Assembly (NCBI GenBank): GCA_001798075.1
Contig: MGRG01000005.1
Coordinates: forward strand, 1,148-65,147
Source: Deltaproteobacteria bacterium RIFCSPHIGHO2_01_FULL_43_49
GTDB taxonomy: Bacteria; UBA10199; SPLOWO2-01-44-7
Direction of reading: 5' to 3'
Length of the DNA stretch: 64,000 nucleotides
The notes below the pieces were generated by a model. The model was given only the letters and a program-made list of their open reading frames with translations, was not told the origin of the DNA and made no database searches. Positions 1 through 9,298 of this stretch are shown piece after piece. Both the position numbers and the translations under genes were made by a program. Every line of letters starts with the position of its first letter. The first letter of the stretch is position 1.

Positions 1-661
1 TCGTCATTTCTTCAGGGCCACCAATTTCAAAAATTTGATCTTCTTGCGGAGTAGTTGATACACATGCTGCAATCACTTCTGCTAAATCATCAACAAAAAT
101 TGGTTGGACATGGTTTTTCCCCGATCCAATTAACGCAAAGAGAGGTAGCTTTCGCAACATTTGGATCATGCGATTGAGGCTTTTGTCACCAGGGCCATAA
201 ACCCAAGAGGGACGCAATATAGTTGCTGTAATGCCAGAGCCTCGCACCGCCTGCTCCGCATACCACTTTGCCTTAAACCAAGGTTCACTTCTTTTTCCAT
301 CGGTTCCCGCTCCACTCAAATAGATAAAATGTTTTACGCCGGCCAGTTTGGCGGCTTTAGCGAGATTTCCCGTCCCTAGTGCATCAACTTGCCAATAGGT
401 ATAACCCTTTTTGGGATTTTCGACAGGGTGCCCTGGAAATTGGGCGCACTGAATGACAACCTCCATTCCTTCCAGAGCTTTTGCAAAAGTTTGGGGGTCT
501 TGCAGATTTCCCTCAACAATTTCTACGGACTGATTCAAAAAAAGGTCTTTTGCCTTTTTCGCACCGCGGCTCAAAACTCTGACAGCATGCCCTTGCCGCA
601 GTAGGGCTTTTGCGATGGCTTGTCCAATAAAACCGGTTCCTCCGGAAATAAATATTTTCAA
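1..661 (-). CDS. NAD(P)-binding epimerase/dehydratase (NmrA-like) family protein, 3' part outside the window, TTG start at 661
   Basis: The reverse-strand translation begins LKIFISGGTGFIGQAIAKALLRQGHAV, a Rossmann GxxGxxG N-terminus typical of the NAD-dependent epimerase/NmrA family. An in-frame TAG lies 2 codons upstream. The ORF runs off the window edge, so it is absent from the supplied ORF track. Confidence 0.55.
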   Translation of the reverse strand, partial: MKIFISGGTGFIGQAIAKALLRQGHAVRVLSRGAKKAKDLFLNQSVEIVEGNLQDPQTFAKALEGMEVVIQCAQFPGHPVENPKKGYTYWQVDALGTGNLAKAAKLAGVKHFIYLSGAGTDGKRSEPWFKAKWYAEQAVRGSGITATILRPSWVYGPGDKSLNRMIQMLRKLPLFALIGSGKNHVQPIFVDDLAEVIAACVSTTPQEDQIFEIGGPEEMT

Positions 662-664
662 TGA

Positions 665-1063
665 CTAGCCCAAAGTCTTCACGGCTTTATTATTGTCTTT
701 TGTGGCAAAAAAGACTTTTGTCGTGTTGCCGTTTCCCGTCGAGGTATAGCAGTATTCAATGTCGACACCTGCTTGACCCAGTTTGTTAGCCGCTTCCGCC
801 AACGTTCCCACCTGATTGTTGAGCTCACAGCAGACGATGGGATTTTCTTTGGGAATCCACCCCCCTTTTTTAAACAACTCGCTCGTCTTGGCAGGATCGG
901 CGGTGACAAAATGGAGATTTGCTGTATTTCCATCTTGGGTATAGCAACAGCAAGCCTCAATGTTTACTCTTCCTTCTGCTAAAGTGGACGTTACTTTAGC
1001 AAACGTTCCCACTTTATTGGGAACCGTGATGATGACTTCCTTTGTTAAGGACGTTCTTGGCAT
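665..1063 (-). CDS. ACT domain-containing protein
   Basis: The 132 aa product shows two ACT-like beta-alpha-beta-beta-alpha-beta halves (VITVPNKVGTFAKVTSTLAEGRVNIEA and VCCELNNQVGTLAEAANKLGQAGVDIEY). Confidence 0.55.
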   Translation of the reverse strand: MPRTSLTKEVIITVPNKVGTFAKVTSTLAEGRVNIEACCCYTQDGNTANLHFVTADPAKTSELFKKGGWIPKENPIVCCELNNQVGTLAEAANKLGQAGVDIEYCYTSTGNGNTTKVFFATKDNNKAVKTLG

Positions 1064-1155
1064 AAAGCCTCCTTTGTTGTTGACCTCAATTTGTTATTCC
1101 AACATTATACCCGAAAGCAAAGAAAAATTTAGAATTTTTTTGAAGTCGCATAACA

Positions 1156-2256
1156 ATGAAAGGTTTTAATACCAAAGCAGTGCACGTAGGCCAAAAGCCA
1201 GAAGGCCTAACCGGCGCCGTAATTTCCCCAATTTATCAAACATCTACTTATGCTCAAGAAGCACCCGGAAAACACAAAGGTTTTGATTACACCAGGGCAG
1301 ATAATCCAAATTACAGAAATCTGGAGGCAGCCATCGCTGCCCTGGAAGAAGGTGCTTATGCGACTGTTTTTTCTTCTGGGATCGGCGCGGAACTAGCTGT
1401 TTTGAACTTATTGAAAGCGGGTGATCACGTAGTAGCTGGTGATGACTTATACGGTGGAACTTATCGTTTGTTTACACAGTGGGGAATGCGTTTTGGCTTG
1501 AGTTTTGATTTTGTCGATGGAACCAACCCAAAAGCATTTGAAAAAGCAATTCAGAAAAAGACAAAACTGATCTGGATCGAAACACCAACAAACCCCCTCT
1601 TGAAAACAACGGACATCAAGGCAGTGGCAACGATTGCGAAGAAGAAAAAAATCCTAACAGTGGCGGATAACACGTTCGCCACTCCTTATTTTCAAAAACC
1701 TCTTAATTTGGGCGCTGCTATGTCTTTGCATAGCACCACAAAATATATTGGAGGCCACTCGGATGTAATTGGTGGTGTCGTTGTAACAAATGACAAAAAA
1801 CTAAAAGAAAAACTCAACCTTGCAAGAATGTCACTAGGGATTAATCCATCCCCTTTTGACTGCTGGCTCACACAACGGGGGCTTAAAACATTGGGCTTAA
1901 GAATGGAGCGTCATCAAGAAAATGCCAAAGCTGTTGTACAATTTTTTAAAAAACACCCTCTCACAAAAAAAGTTTATTACCCCGGTTTTGGGGGAATGGT
2001 TTCAGCCGAGTTTAAATTGACTGTAGATCAGACCAAAAAACTAATCAGCTCTTTTGAATATTTTACACTGGGAGAAAGTTTAGGCGGTGTGGAATCGCTT
2101 GTTTGTCATCCTGCAACAATGACCCACGCTTCGATCCCACCTAAAGAAAGAGTCAAAAGAGGTTTATCTGATTCGTTGGTTCGCTTTTCGGTTGGGATTG
2201 AGGACGTAGAAGATCTGTTAGATGATTTGAAAAATACTTTAAGCCGATTTGGATAG
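1156..2256 (+). CDS. PLP-dependent Cys/Met metabolism enzyme (cystathionine gamma-synthase / beta-lyase / O-acetylhomoserine sulfhydrylase family)
   Basis: The 366 aa product carries the characteristic motifs of this family: YTRxxNP, the HSTTKYIGGHSDV PLP-lysine region, and a C-terminal FSVGIEDVEDL. Confidence 0.85.
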   Translation: MKGFNTKAVHVGQKPEGLTGAVISPIYQTSTYAQEAPGKHKGFDYTRADNPNYRNLEAAIAALEEGAYATVFSSGIGAELAVLNLLKAGDHVVAGDDLYGGTYRLFTQWGMRFGLSFDFVDGTNPKAFEKAIQKKTKLIWIETPTNPLLKTTDIKAVATIAKKKKILTVADNTFATPYFQKPLNLGAAMSLHSTTKYIGGHSDVIGGVVVTNDKKLKEKLNLARMSLGINPSPFDCWLTQRGLKTLGLRMERHQENAKAVVQFFKKHPLTKKVYYPGFGGMVSAEFKLTVDQTKKLISSFEYFTLGESLGGVESLVCHPATMTHASIPPKERVKRGLSDSLVRFSVGIEDVEDLLDDLKNTLSRFG

Positions 2257-3219
2257 GATAAATTCGTCCTCTATTCTCAAATTATCAACCAGGGCTTTAG
2301 CCTTACCACGGGGAACCCCTCCATAAATTAGAAAGGCCTGTACAAAATCGTAAAGAAGTTTTCGGTCACGACCATCTCTTGCTTCTATGTCGGGTAACCG
2401 TCCATGAACAAGCCATCGCCAAAAAAGAGTTCTTTTCACATCATATGTTGGAAAACCATATTTTTTCCCATCTCGCGAGCATTTCTCTCTTCCCTTCTCC
2501 ACAAAAATATGTCGGCAAGCGGTTAAAATCTGCCTGCCAATGGGAAGTCGTTTAGAATCTACAACCCATTCCCAACCATTATGAATGAAAGTCATTCGCT
2601 CAACCCATGTATCAATTTTTTCCTTGGCGATGCCTGCTTTTTGTAAAATAATCCGAATGCGCAAATAAAAAGCATAAGCAACTGAGGTAAAAGGTTCTGG
2701 GAAAACACCTTCTTCCAAAAAAATCCTAATGGGTGAATGTCGATATTGTCCCAAAAAAACACCTGGACGTTTTGACTGAGGAGTTTCTCCCGTCTGATCT
2801 ACAATTTCCAGAAGAAGTTTGCGAAGTTTTTTAAAAAAATCGGAATTGGTGGCCTGATCTACTACGGGCATGTGTTTCAACAAAGGAGCCCTACGATTGT
2901 CTGAAATCGGTCTAGACAAACCTGCTGTTAAATCTCTTAAGCCCCGGTATAAATCCCGGGCATTGTTTTCTAATTTCTTCGTCCCACTACCATTGATAAA
3001 AACAACGCCCTTCTTCCTCCTATAGGCGTGAATAAAAACACTCACTGCCAGGCTCTGTAAACGCACTACCAAATCGGGATCCACCACTCCATCTTGAGAC
3101 TTAATTTGCCCACTTAAATCTCTCAAATCTTGCGGAGTAAAATCAAAAGGAACAAGGCGGGCACTCAAAAGCCCTTGAGTAAAGCTCAGAGCCGATTGTA
3201 ATACGGGAAGTGATGTCAT
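2239..3219 (-). CDS. hypothetical protein with a Trp-rich repeat (paralog of the next gene)
   Basis: The 326 aa product contains WVERMTFIHNGWEW and FWRWLVHGRLP segments matching repeats in the adjacent 501 aa protein. Its stop overlaps the upstream gene's start, which suggests an operon. Confidence 0.5.
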   Translation of the reverse strand: MTSLPVLQSALSFTQGLLSARLVPFDFTPQDLRDLSGQIKSQDGVVDPDLVVRLQSLAVSVFIHAYRRKKGVVFINGSGTKKLENNARDLYRGLRDLTAGLSRPISDNRRAPLLKHMPVVDQATNSDFFKKLRKLLLEIVDQTGETPQSKRPGVFLGQYRHSPIRIFLEEGVFPEPFTSVAYAFYLRIRIILQKAGIAKEKIDTWVERMTFIHNGWEWVVDSKRLPIGRQILTACRHIFVEKGREKCSRDGKKYGFPTYDVKRTLFWRWLVHGRLPDIEARDGRDRKLLYDFVQAFLIYGGVPRGKAKALVDNLRIEDEFILSKSA

Positions 3220-4721
3220 TTTGCCCCCGCCGTTTTAAACAAAGGTTTGTCACCGCGTTCTTTTATTAAATAGGCGATCCAAGCGAGAGCATCCTCAGAT
3301 GATGTTCCTTCTTGGACCAAAAAGGTCTCTATCTCTTCGTACAACTGGAGTTGAAAAAACGGTGAATCGGGCCAATGACCGCCCATTGCCCATTTTTGAA
3401 ATAAAAGAACACCTGAAAGTTGACCGTTATATTTTTTTGCTATAATTTTTCTTACTTCAAAAAGAAGATTTTCTTCTGTTCCAAGCGAATCCGGATTTTG
3501 AGGTCGGTGCCAACGGTTTCGCACAAAGATAAGGCGTTCCACCCACTCAGCAACTTGATCTTCCGGAAATCCGGTTTGAGTCAGAAGAAGTTTAAGATTT
3601 TCGTGAAATTGGCCGATATGGGAACCATTTATTTTGGGCCATAGCTCGCTCTCAATAAAAAGTCTTAAAGATGCTTGTAGAGTTTGGGGTGGAATTTTTC
3701 CAATGGGCTTATGAAAGGGGAGCCTTTTCCCCCCAAAAGCTTGCATAACCACTTCAACGATTAACGAGTGAAAGGCTTTTTCAAAGCCTGTGTCCATAAC
3801 CATCTGGAGCTTTGTGATTGCCGCTTGAACCGAGGAGTTATCATACACATTCGGAATTTCTACAGGTCTTGTTGGTTCTTTGGGTCGTGGTTTTGGTGGT
3901 ACTTTAGACCCAATTCTTTTTCTGGGACCTTCCGGATACCGGTATTTTAAGGCAGCATCCATCAAGCGTTCTGCTCGCGACTTTTCAATCCCCCCATTTT
4001 CTAAGTAGTTTTGTACCTCTTGTCTAAAAAGCGGGGAAAAGTAAAATGTGGGCCAAGTGGCACGGCGAATCCATCTATAGACTTGCACATTAACGTTAGC
4101 TTCTGCCTGCTTGAAATAAGCCAATCGTGCCAGAAAAAGAAGTTTTTTATCGGGAGGGGGTTTATTCGAATTTTCCGGCCACTCCCAACCATAGGAATGA
4201 AAGGCGATTCTCAACAGCCAATCATTCCCCCTTGTTTTTTCTACGCCGACTTCTTCCAAGTATTGCAGTGCTTTTTGAAAAAAAACAGTAACGTTTTCAC
4301 CTTTTGAGTGCCACTTGGCGTATTTAAACAAGCTCTTGAAGATAAATGGCAGCGTTTCATGAGCTTGAATGACCCTTTCTCCTGCCTGAAAAAATTCCTC
4401 TGGAACAATTCCGGTTGCAAATGGTGATCTGGCAAACCGCCTTGTTTGTCCTGCAAGTTGTGCCATTTCTCCATTTTTTAATGTTTGGAATAATGCACGC
4501 GCCCTCTCTTCCCAAGGACCCCCAACAAGGGAATCCAAAAGGACAACAACATCTCCTTTGATTTCCAGAGAGCCAGGCCCATCGAAAACTTTTGTTCGGA
4601 GACGTTCCTCCAGGTTCACAAGGTCTGCCGAACCATACCCGAGAGGAAGCTCCTGGGCCGTCAGCAAATCTTGAATGAAGCCGCAAGTGAGCTTAACCCA
4701 ATTGACATTACCAACAAACAT
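3216..4721 (-). CDS. hypothetical protein with two copies of the Trp-rich repeat
   Basis: The 501 aa product carries two repeat copies (WLLRIAFHSYGWEW...YRWIRRATWP and EWVERLIFVRNRWHRP...FQKWAMGGHWPD). I recognise no known family. Confidence 0.5.
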   Translation of the reverse strand: MFVGNVNWVKLTCGFIQDLLTAQELPLGYGSADLVNLEERLRTKVFDGPGSLEIKGDVVVLLDSLVGGPWEERARALFQTLKNGEMAQLAGQTRRFARSPFATGIVPEEFFQAGERVIQAHETLPFIFKSLFKYAKWHSKGENVTVFFQKALQYLEEVGVEKTRGNDWLLRIAFHSYGWEWPENSNKPPPDKKLLFLARLAYFKQAEANVNVQVYRWIRRATWPTFYFSPLFRQEVQNYLENGGIEKSRAERLMDAALKYRYPEGPRKRIGSKVPPKPRPKEPTRPVEIPNVYDNSSVQAAITKLQMVMDTGFEKAFHSLIVEVVMQAFGGKRLPFHKPIGKIPPQTLQASLRLFIESELWPKINGSHIGQFHENLKLLLTQTGFPEDQVAEWVERLIFVRNRWHRPQNPDSLGTEENLLFEVRKIIAKKYNGQLSGVLLFQKWAMGGHWPDSPFFQLQLYEEIETFLVQEGTSSEDALAWIAYLIKERGDKPLFKTAGAK

Positions 4722-4871
4722 ATGGATATCTTATCGGTAGCTCATACAAAAAGTTGCTTGGGGCTGCAATAGTGGATTTATGAGGATTTCACATGTTTAG
4801 GGGCGGTCTAAAGATTTTAAAAAAACAAGCAACTTTTTTGGGGAATTGCCGAATAAAGCTCTGCCAATCCT

Positions 4872-5885
4872 ATGAGCAAAATATGCGACATAGCGAGCCA
4901 AGCGGGTACCCCCATTGACGTCGGAGTCATGCGCACCGATTTTGGCGATCCTGCAAAACCTGTCCGCCGCTACATCGGCCCTGATGGCCAGTTCAACGAT
5001 CAAAAAAGTGACGGTGTTGTTACACAAGAAGAATGCTACCAGGCGGCCATTGAGCTTGCCGAATTAACGGCTAGGCAAACAACTCCTGAGGATCTTTTGA
5101 AACCCAATCTATTTCTATCCTTGAAAGAAGAGGGTTTGAGAATTCCCTGGCTTCCAACGGATCCGTTCTTTTTTGAAACCCCCGTTGACAATCATACTCT
5201 AATGCTTGCTGAATTTTATTTTGATAAGGCTCAAAAAATATGGGACTCCACAAAAAATATAGCCAACCCCAACGAACAAAAAAAAGTTTTTGCAAAAAAT
5301 CTGTTTGAAAAAATGTCTCTTTCAAAAGAGAAGGGGGGCTTTGGAATCCGTTTTTTTAACCCAGAGAGTGAAAAAATATCTAAAACAGATCATCCATTTT
5401 ATTCGGATAAGCTAGATTGTTTTGGAAATTGGCTTTATGGGATTTTATGTGAACAATTTGGAATCAAGGCAACGCCGATCCAGCGCTTTACAGATGCCGA
5501 TGGAACTATTATTCATCACGTCTTGGTTGGTCTCTATCTCGATTCTAATAAAATTACACTGGTCAGTTTTCAACCACATGAGGCTGGTTTTGATATTTCA
5601 ATTCCTGCTAAAGATTGGATTCCTATCTCGCGTCTAGAATTGTTAGCCTATCTTCATTTGACTAGAGCATTTGAATTGTATCCACAAGACCGTAACGGGC
5701 AACTAACGGAACTAAAACTAGCTCGTCGTTACGCACCCCACAATTATGTCGTGAACTATCAGATTGGTTATTGGTATTATTTTTGGGGTCGTTCAGAACT
5801 TGGAAAAGGTTTCCTAAGAAAATCTTTAGAGTTTAATTCTGCTTATACGCCTGCTTCAAAGCTGCTAGCCAAACTTGAACAATAA
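4872..5885 (+). CDS. hypothetical protein
   Basis: This is a 337 aa ORF with an in-frame TAA 6 codons upstream of the ATG. The C-terminal region is TPR-like (YQIGYWYYFWGRSELGKGFLRKSLEFNSAY). I recognise no family. Confidence 0.45.
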   Translation: MSKICDIASQAGTPIDVGVMRTDFGDPAKPVRRYIGPDGQFNDQKSDGVVTQEECYQAAIELAELTARQTTPEDLLKPNLFLSLKEEGLRIPWLPTDPFFFETPVDNHTLMLAEFYFDKAQKIWDSTKNIANPNEQKKVFAKNLFEKMSLSKEKGGFGIRFFNPESEKISKTDHPFYSDKLDCFGNWLYGILCEQFGIKATPIQRFTDADGTIIHHVLVGLYLDSNKITLVSFQPHEAGFDISIPAKDWIPISRLELLAYLHLTRAFELYPQDRNGQLTELKLARRYAPHNYVVNYQIGYWYYFWGRSELGKGFLRKSLEFNSAYTPASKLLAKLEQ

Positions 5886-5888
5886 TGG

Positions 5889-6785
5889 TCATTCTTTTTC
5901 TTTTTTAATGCCGCCTCCGAAACGTGCTGGCTTGGGTTTATCTGGTTTTACTACCTCTACAGAAAATGTATCGGGTGGTGAAACAGTTCTGACCGGTTCG
6001 TTGAGTCTCTCTTGAATTTTGCCAATAAGAGCGCTTCTTGTTTCCGGAAAGAAATCTTTATTCATGGAGGCTTTATGGGTGCTGTCTACACCAAGTATCA
6101 TTGCTAAATTATCAGCGACACTCTTTTTTAAATCTATGGCTGGCACATTTTTAAGTCTTGCACTTACAATCATCCTCTGGGTGTCATTTTCAGACACATA
6201 ATACATTTTGTTAGGAATTTCAGTTTGTAGGACTTCCATAATACCCATGTCAGTTAATTTACGCCCAATTAGTTCTTTAACTTTTGCTTCCACCTCGCCT
6301 CTAGTTTTAAGAAGCTCTCCGGAATCCATTTTTTTGAGATGCCCTGCATCGACAGGAGTTATGCTCCCAAACCTTGCAGCTCCATGAGTCGGGGCCGGTT
6401 TGCCGACAACAGTCGCTCTATAAATCCTATCGGCTAAGTACCGCTTTGTTGTTCCAGTGAATTCATCTTTGGCTACGTGATACTCTGGACCTAGAAGTTT
6501 AGCCATTATTCCATTGGCATCCAATCCGCTTTTACCAGCCTCTTTTATTGCCTCATCATCGACTTTATCATCGCGAGCCTGAGCAATTAATTTATGGAGA
6601 TCGGCTTCTGGAATTTTATCGGTACCAAAAATGGGATTCTTCTTAACTGCGTCCAAAATAGCCACGTCAGTAGGATTTCCCTTGCCCAACATTTTATCAA
6701 TTTCTCTACGAAGCGTGGCAGCAATTTGGTCAATTTCATATTGTGAAATTTTATTCGGCTGACCAGCCCCTATTTTATCAACCAT
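5889..6785 (-). CDS. hypothetical protein
   Basis: This 298 aa ORF is convergent with the previous gene (4 bp gap). It is charged and Lys-rich, and I recognise no family. Confidence 0.45.
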   Translation of the reverse strand: MVDKIGAGQPNKISQYEIDQIAATLRREIDKMLGKGNPTDVAILDAVKKNPIFGTDKIPEADLHKLIAQARDDKVDDEAIKEAGKSGLDANGIMAKLLGPEYHVAKDEFTGTTKRYLADRIYRATVVGKPAPTHGAARFGSITPVDAGHLKKMDSGELLKTRGEVEAKVKELIGRKLTDMGIMEVLQTEIPNKMYYVSENDTQRMIVSARLKNVPAIDLKKSVADNLAMILGVDSTHKASMNKDFFPETRSALIGKIQERLNEPVRTVSPPDTFSVEVVKPDKPKPARFGGGIKKEKE

Positions 6786-7005
6786 AAAACCTCCTTGCCA
6801 CGCCGAGAAGGCGGGCTTTATTATCTACCGGAGACCTAAATGAGCAATTGGCGTGCCAACATGAGGTTAAAAATATCGTTTCCAGGGGGGCTAAAAATTG
6901 ATAGATTAGCCGGGTTAGGGGTCAAAAATGACCTGATTTTTTGAAAAGCGTCAGATTTTTGACAGCCCGCCTTCACTAAAGTTTCGGCGAGGCTAAGGAG
7001 GTTTT

Positions 7006-7953
7006 ATGGGGCTTCATATTGGCCAGGCAACAGCCATCACATTAAAAACGATGCCGTATCTTTTCTTGCGATTGGTAGTCTACGGTCTCTTTGGCATCGC
7101 AACGGTTATCTATTTTGTTGTCGTCTATTTTGTCGCAGGCTGGGTAGCCCCCTTGCACGAATATGCAGAACCCGGAGTTTGGATTTTAGCCCTGCTAGCC
7201 CCCACACCGATCGTTAGTTTTATCCGTGAATATATTCTCTACACCGTCAAGGCGGGTCATGTGGCCGTCATTGCGGAGCTAGCCACCAAAGGAAAACTCC
7301 CCGAAGGGAAGGGCCAGATTGCTTGGGGCAAAGATCAGGTTGTGAGAACATTCAAATCAACTTCTGTTTTGTTTTTAGTCGACCGTTTGGTTCATGGGGT
7401 GATCAGCGCTATCAACAACGGCATTACAAAAATAGGTGACGTCGCATCGGGCATTCCGGGTGTGCGAGGCTTGATGCAATTCATTAATCTCATTTTGTAT
7501 TTTAGTCTCACCTATGTGGACGAAGCCATCATGGCCAGAAATTTTTTAAACCCGCAAGAATCGGCCTGGCAGTCTTCCAAAATTGGGCTGATGCTCTACG
7601 CCCAGATTTGGAAAAATATTTTATGGAGTTCTGTTTTCTTGGCTTTCATTGCTTTAACAATCTACGCAGGTCTCGCCATTGTTTTTCTGGTTCCCGCTTT
7701 AGGGTTGGCCGTCGCTTTTCCCTCTATGGATCTTGTTTTTATTATTGGGGCATTGGTTTGTGCCTTTGTGGTTAAATTTGCTCTCTTTGACCCTTGGACG
7801 ATGTCGATGATGGTGGTGATGTATCTCAAAGAGATCGAAGGAAAAGCCCCCAACAAAGAGTGGGAAGAAAAACTCGAAAAACTCTCCGGCAAATTCAAAC
7901 AGATCAAAGAAAAGGCCGTTGAAAAACTTTCGGGGGCTCCCACCCCGGCTTGA
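7006..7953 (+). CDS. hypothetical integral membrane protein
   Basis: The 315 aa product has several hydrophobic helices (LFLRLVVYGLFGIATVIYFVVVYFVAGWV, VFLAFIALTIYAGLAIVFLVPALGLAVAF). A GGAGG Shine-Dalgarno lies upstream at 6995. Confidence 0.5.
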   Translation: MGLHIGQATAITLKTMPYLFLRLVVYGLFGIATVIYFVVVYFVAGWVAPLHEYAEPGVWILALLAPTPIVSFIREYILYTVKAGHVAVIAELATKGKLPEGKGQIAWGKDQVVRTFKSTSVLFLVDRLVHGVISAINNGITKIGDVASGIPGVRGLMQFINLILYFSLTYVDEAIMARNFLNPQESAWQSSKIGLMLYAQIWKNILWSSVFLAFIALTIYAGLAIVFLVPALGLAVAFPSMDLVFIIGALVCAFVVKFALFDPWTMSMMVVMYLKEIEGKAPNKEWEEKLEKLSGKFKQIKEKAVEKLSGAPTPA

Positions 7954-7954
7954 G

Positions 7955-8845
7955 ATGCTAAAACGAAAATTCGGGAAAACTAATCTCGAGGTGACACCCA
8001 TTGGCCTAGGCACCTGGGTTTTTGGGGGTTGGCCCTGGAATGAGATCAATGAAAAAGAGTGCGAAGCGGCTCTTGAAACAGCTATCGGCGCTGGCATTAA
8101 CCTTATCGATACCGCTCCCATTTATGGATTTGGTCGCTCTGAAGAAATTGTTGGCCGAACTTTGAGGCGCCTTAAAGTCAGAGAAAAAATCGTGCTGGCC
8201 ACCAAGCAAGGTTTTAGTTGGGATGACGGCAAAAAAAGAAATGTCCGAAAAGATTGCTCGAAAAAAGCGGTTTTTCGAGAAATCGACGAAAGCTTGAAGA
8301 GATTACAAACCGACTGGATTGATATCTATCAAATTCATTGGCCTGATGAAAACACACCGATTGGTGAAACGATGGAAGCCATGCTGAAATTGAAAGATCA
8401 GGGTAAAATTAAGGTGATCGGTGTTTGCAATTACAATGCGGAGCAAATGAAGGAGTGTTTGAAATACGCACCCCTTGAAAGTTCGCAACCACCCTATAAT
8501 TATTTTCAACGCGACATCGAAAAAGAAATTTTGCCTTTCTGTATCGAACACAAATTTGGAACACTGACTTATGGAACGTTGTGTAAAGGGTTGCTGACAG
8601 GAAAATTCGGCATTGATAAAAAGCCGAACGATCCGGTCCGACAACAAACCTGGGACCCCATTTTTGAGACTAAACGCTACGAAGAATGTTTGGCAGAAAT
8701 TGAAAAACTAAAAAAACAAGCGGCTGAAGAAAATCTCACTGTTGGCCAATGGGTTATTCGCTGGGCGATCAACCAACCCGGAGTCACTTGCGCTTTGGTT
8801 GGGGCTAGAAACCCAAAACAGGTCAAAGAAAATACTACCATATAA
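7955..8845 (+). CDS. aldo/keto reductase
   Basis: The N-terminus MLKRKFGKTNLEVTPIGLGTW and internal GINLIDTAPIYG...IGVCNY motifs are typical of the AKR family. I moved the start to ATG 7955, immediately after the TGA of the upstream gene; the ORF-track start at 7919 overlaps that gene. Confidence 0.85.
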   Translation: MLKRKFGKTNLEVTPIGLGTWVFGGWPWNEINEKECEAALETAIGAGINLIDTAPIYGFGRSEEIVGRTLRRLKVREKIVLATKQGFSWDDGKKRNVRKDCSKKAVFREIDESLKRLQTDWIDIYQIHWPDENTPIGETMEAMLKLKDQGKIKVIGVCNYNAEQMKECLKYAPLESSQPPYNYFQRDIEKEILPFCIEHKFGTLTYGTLCKGLLTGKFGIDKKPNDPVRQQTWDPIFETKRYEECLAEIEKLKKQAAEENLTVGQWVIRWAINQPGVTCALVGARNPKQVKENTTI

Positions 8846-8852
8846 AGATAGT

Positions 8853-8940
8853 AAAAGTAGTGGGTGGCCCGGAGTGTTTGTTGTGGGGTTTTGTTAGGGG
8901 CCCCCACAAAAACACGGAGGGACAGGACCCGCTACTTTTT
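8853..8940. repeat. MITE-like palindromic element, family 1, copy A
   Basis: Terminal inverted repeats AAAAGTAGTGGGT / ACCCGCTACTTTTT flank an internal hairpin GTGTTTGTTGTGGGG...CCCCACAAAAACAC. The element is about 85% identical to the copy at 15005-15093. Confidence 0.6.
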
Positions 8941-8947
8941 CACAATC

Positions 8948-9298
8948 TTATGGCCGTTTGATTTCAACAATTGCGGCGTCGGCGGCTTTAATGGCGGAGG
9001 GTTTGGTGAGTCTGACCAACACCGATTCTACAGGAAATTTGTTTAGACAAAGATCAGCGATGGCTTGGGCTAATGTTTCAATGAGGTGATAAGAATTCTT
9101 CTCAACAAATTTTAAAACATCTTTAGCCAGTTGGTTGTAGTCGAGCATATTTTTGTCCAGAACATCTTTTTTGCAGGCCTCTTCCAAATCAGCGACTAAT
9201 TCTAAATCCAAAATAATTTTTTGTGGGCGTTTACGCTCCCAGTCATAATCACCAATGATACATTTAGTTTTGAGCCCCTTAATTATAATTTTATCCAT
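8948..9298 (-). CDS. folB: dihydroneopterin aldolase
   Basis: The 116 aa product begins MDKIIIKGLKTKCIIGDYDWERKRPQKIILDLEL, the classic FolB fold signature and size. Confidence 0.85.
   Translation of the reverse strand: MDKIIIKGLKTKCIIGDYDWERKRPQKIILDLELVADLEEACKKDVLDKNMLDYNQLAKDVLKFVEKNSYHLIETLAQAIADLCLNKFPVESVLVRLTKPSAIKAADAAIVEIKRP

Noticed and set aside
161-604. Plus-strand ORFs 161-379 and 389-604 in the ORF track
   Set aside because: They lie antisense to a much better minus-strand gene, the epimerase-like LKIFISGGTGFIGQ... product, which runs off the window edge. Their products have no recognisable features.
7699-8121. Minus-strand ORF with a His-rich stretch (HHHHHRHR), a possible metal-binding peptide
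   Set aside because: It is an antisense shadow ORF overlapping the end of the membrane-protein gene and the start of the aldo/keto reductase, both of which have convincing family signatures.
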